Below are positions 39,401 through 40,897 of a DNA stretch of 40,897 nt, piece by piece (position 1 is the first letter of the stretch; every line of letters starts with the position of its first letter). A program made the position numbers and the translations under genes. Below the pieces are notes generated by a model that saw only the letters and a program-made list of their open reading frames with translations, ran no database searches and was not told the DNA's origin. Origin of the DNA: Aduncisulcus paluster (Eukaryota); NCBI GenBank assembly GCA_024181965.1, contig BQXS01010082.1, forward strand, positions 1-40,897. Direction: 5' to 3'.

Positions 39401-40897
39401 ATTCATGCTATCTGTCTCCCCCAATGATACCTTTGTTGGTGAGTACCAGAAACTTGGATATAGCACAACTGCCATCTCTCAGCAAGTGTGTGAGTCTGAA
39501 GAGTTTACATACATTGCCTCTGAATACAATCGTAACGTGAGTACATTGAAGCCGGTGTCTGAGCATACCGTGTCTGAGCATCCATTATCGCCCGGTGATG
39601 AGGACAGCACTCTTGTATGGTGTACAAAGGATGAGTACTCAAATGCCGTTATTCTGGATGTGACTTCCCAGCTCGAAATGGTTCTCACATATCATTGTGA
39701 TAGTCAAGATTCTGAGCACACACTCACTCTTGCTCCTTTGCTCGTTGATGAAGTCACAACGTGCATTACTCGTTCTTTGGGTGAGGGTATTTGTGCAGGG
39801 TATATTGGTCCCATGGGTGCTGTGAGTTTGAGTGCTGGAACGTACAATGTAGAAATGAATGCTGAAGATGCCGTGTTGTTACCCTATGGAATTCATATTG
39901 AAAACACAGTCAGTGCCTCAAGTGTTGATGTTAAGGAATGTGGTCAACTTTCAACCTTAACCGTTTCTTTCGTTGATGTTGAGAACGATCCCGTTGATGT
40001 TTCTGATATTCTTGATGAATACAAAGTTATATTGATTCGTGAATACTCAACTGTGGAACTACAGAGTGAGCTTGATCCCTCGGAATATGATGATGGGGAG
40101 CACACAATGCTCACTTTGAGTGCAGGAACTGCCACAAATACGGCAACTGTATCGTTCACAAATACAATATCCGGCGATGTGTCCATTGGTATCTTTCATG
40201 ATGGAATTCCTCCATCAACATGGATGATTGAGATCGTTTATGATGCTGAACCATCCGATGCATATCCGCCTGATTCTTTCTTTGAGGTGTATCTTGGGTC
40301 TGAAATTGCCTCCTCTGTTGAGGCAGGACAATATCTTTCAGTGTATGTCCATGCTCTGGATTACTATGGCAACCTTGCCAGCCTTCCCTCATTCGTGACT
40401 GTTACCTTTACTGCTGGAAATGAGGCTCCTTCTTCAGCTGAAGATGAAACGTTCTCACGAGACGATTTTTCTCTCGGCTCTGATGGTTTGTATGAGCTCA
40501 CTATCAAGGTTGTCCGTGTGAATCAACAGTTGTCGATGACATTTGGTGATGATGAAGTTGTGTACATTGATGGCGAGTGGACATATGATCTCACTCCACT
40601 CTCTCTCTCTGCCGTGACTTCTGAGTTGAAGTTCGTGAATGCTGCATTGACTCGAGATGATGATGGGTTTTATGATCCCTCCGTGACTGATATTGTTGGA
40701 GTTGAAATTGTTGTGCGGGATGTTTACAATAACCTCGTATCTTACCCATCCTATGCACCTATTGTCACAGTTTCACTCAAATTGAAGTCATGTGATTCTG
40801 AGTATGCACTTGATCTGTATGGATCTTCCTCATTTGACTGTTCAGATGTTCAGATATTCAAAGAAATTGAAGTTTCTGGTGTAACAGACACTCCATA
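36408..40897 (+). CDS. Very large secreted/surface acidic protein with probable Ig-like (filamin/invasin-type) repeats; 3'-truncated by the window edge
   Basis: ATG 36408 gives signal peptide MSIYLLLFFNIAIFLFFPFINS. The frame was open in every segment I translated and still in phase at the window end (>1490 codons). Recurrent motifs VHALDYYGN, IVVRDVYNN, CTKDEYSN, VSDEYEK. Absent from the ORF track, presumably because it has no stop. Confidence 0.85.
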   Translation, partial: MSIYLLLFFNIAIFLFFPFINSLPIEQSHIPSYSNIILDTAGRSIINSGEAFLFDVENILKSYQNETLSDDELESAILTVYCPGETNSSVEPISCNLIGDSDSCSDKSFSCERYLLATVDSYNVYLTDIYVSLELVPAEEQLALWSKVFHYDRFTVDNEETYAGSLVFQSDDETYELFTSENEDVFSKWQLSTDSDDSFLSITKHFNFHVNWYDETRFMSIDSESFFFRHNMSYIVPSGNSCESVTEVSTSDIETIPFKVQFGQNSSGETPEMCAEDIINGKIGIFALRYSNGSYSYDESSSTDEEVAIQCRIINVTEDVKNTVTIFEGTDDEQVVNKHTGMFLGELAIPLRVVSDETSFRYAFYISHLDLTGKTRRELETSEAALYGSFGSNLSPDVTCEREDESTTDTTAQLIFYVNSFIADSDSWCKASVSDNVVFPAFTPYPIPLSIITCKKSSEESTFSLNKAFYPDLIYSLSVTYTDDKDTLDVVLFSDYTGAVPDVTHPFPLSNPTPTVSSTASLTIEFPNSGSWGNNPKILDGALSTAPTTISKSWLVQRQRLDLNNSFIISLPQNPTNYSYPSIGLEIGHLSIVGVFSYFLPGSTATSTSDPLLASRVCLDNISVGVEENSIIETISEYQEDLFEFAEDTVDSTEYLYSIDSSLAPLYTITLTHTISNRDNIILPTFDGYYSGEDEVFSSLCLVDSTQTDPIPFFDLLPYSIDSSMCSFSLTQDDPVDETTVTYPTNSTEGFSDWSIFRYNSGEEEDLIQIFIENKDKYDNWISEGDLSNISNERVSISISVTCPQSDSALEFTLDSCVYGKTSGTVCTWACSEYGIGDVTVFYVDSNSMNYGEISFQQTQRFIIGIPFVFSFENNIQSLSLLNSQVFVENDSNVVANMSNSFSLLVSDEYEKIVPRFLVSLKFLKNLLITLNIYEDSTWNSLDSSSCLVTLDSSDTDSDGDVYFDRTEDGALDLENEDLDVINFEPVEFIFQLQKSGTFMLSVSPNDTFVGEYQKLGYSTTAISQQVCESEEFTYIASEYNRNVSTLKPVSEHTVSEHPLSPGDEDSTLVWCTKDEYSNAVILDVTSQLEMVLTYHCDSQDSEHTLTLAPLLVDEVTTCITRSLGEGICAGYIGPMGAVSLSAGTYNVEMNAEDAVLLPYGIHIENTVSASSVDVKECGQLSTLTVSFVDVENDPVDVSDILDEYKVILIREYSTVELQSELDPSEYDDGEHTMLTLSAGTATNTATVSFTNTISGDVSIGIFHDGIPPSTWMIEIVYDAEPSDAYPPDSFFEVYLGSEIASSVEAGQYLSVYVHALDYYGNLASLPSFVTVTFTAGNEAPSSAEDETFSRDDFSLGSDGLYELTIKVVRVNQQLSMTFGDDEVVYIDGEWTYDLTPLSLSAVTSELKFVNAALTRDDDGFYDPSVTDIVGVEIVVRDVYNNLVSYPSYAPIVTVSLKLKSCDSEYALDLYGSSSFDCSDVQIFKEIEVSGVTDTP

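Overview
AT-rich, gene-dense, intron-poor eukaryotic (protist) DNA. Gene content, GTATGT-donor introns and a tandem-domain family at 754-1833 suggest a free-living fornicate such as Aduncisulcus or another Carpediemonas-like organism (inference). Most of the window is housekeeping genes: Sfi1-like, WDR90-like, HGSNAT-like membrane protein, SP-RING SUMO ligase, Amt transporter, RPA1, EEF1AKMT4-like methyltransferase, NEK2-like kinase, UBE3A-like HECT ligase, DExH helicase and BRX1. A >1490-aa secreted Ig-like-repeat ORF runs off the right edge and is missing from the ORF track. Five 20-N gaps are flanked by duplicated sequence and look like assembly artefacts. The standout is a 1.87-kb PIF/Harbinger/ISL2EU-type (DDE_Tnp_4) DNA transposon (2095-3965) with perfect 38-bp TIRs and an AAT target duplication. 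Where a second ORF would normally sit, it carries a ~250-nt highly base-paired putative Pol III ncRNA with a tRNA-like A/B-box head. Short segments of this RNA match the element's own TIR and its insertion-site flank.
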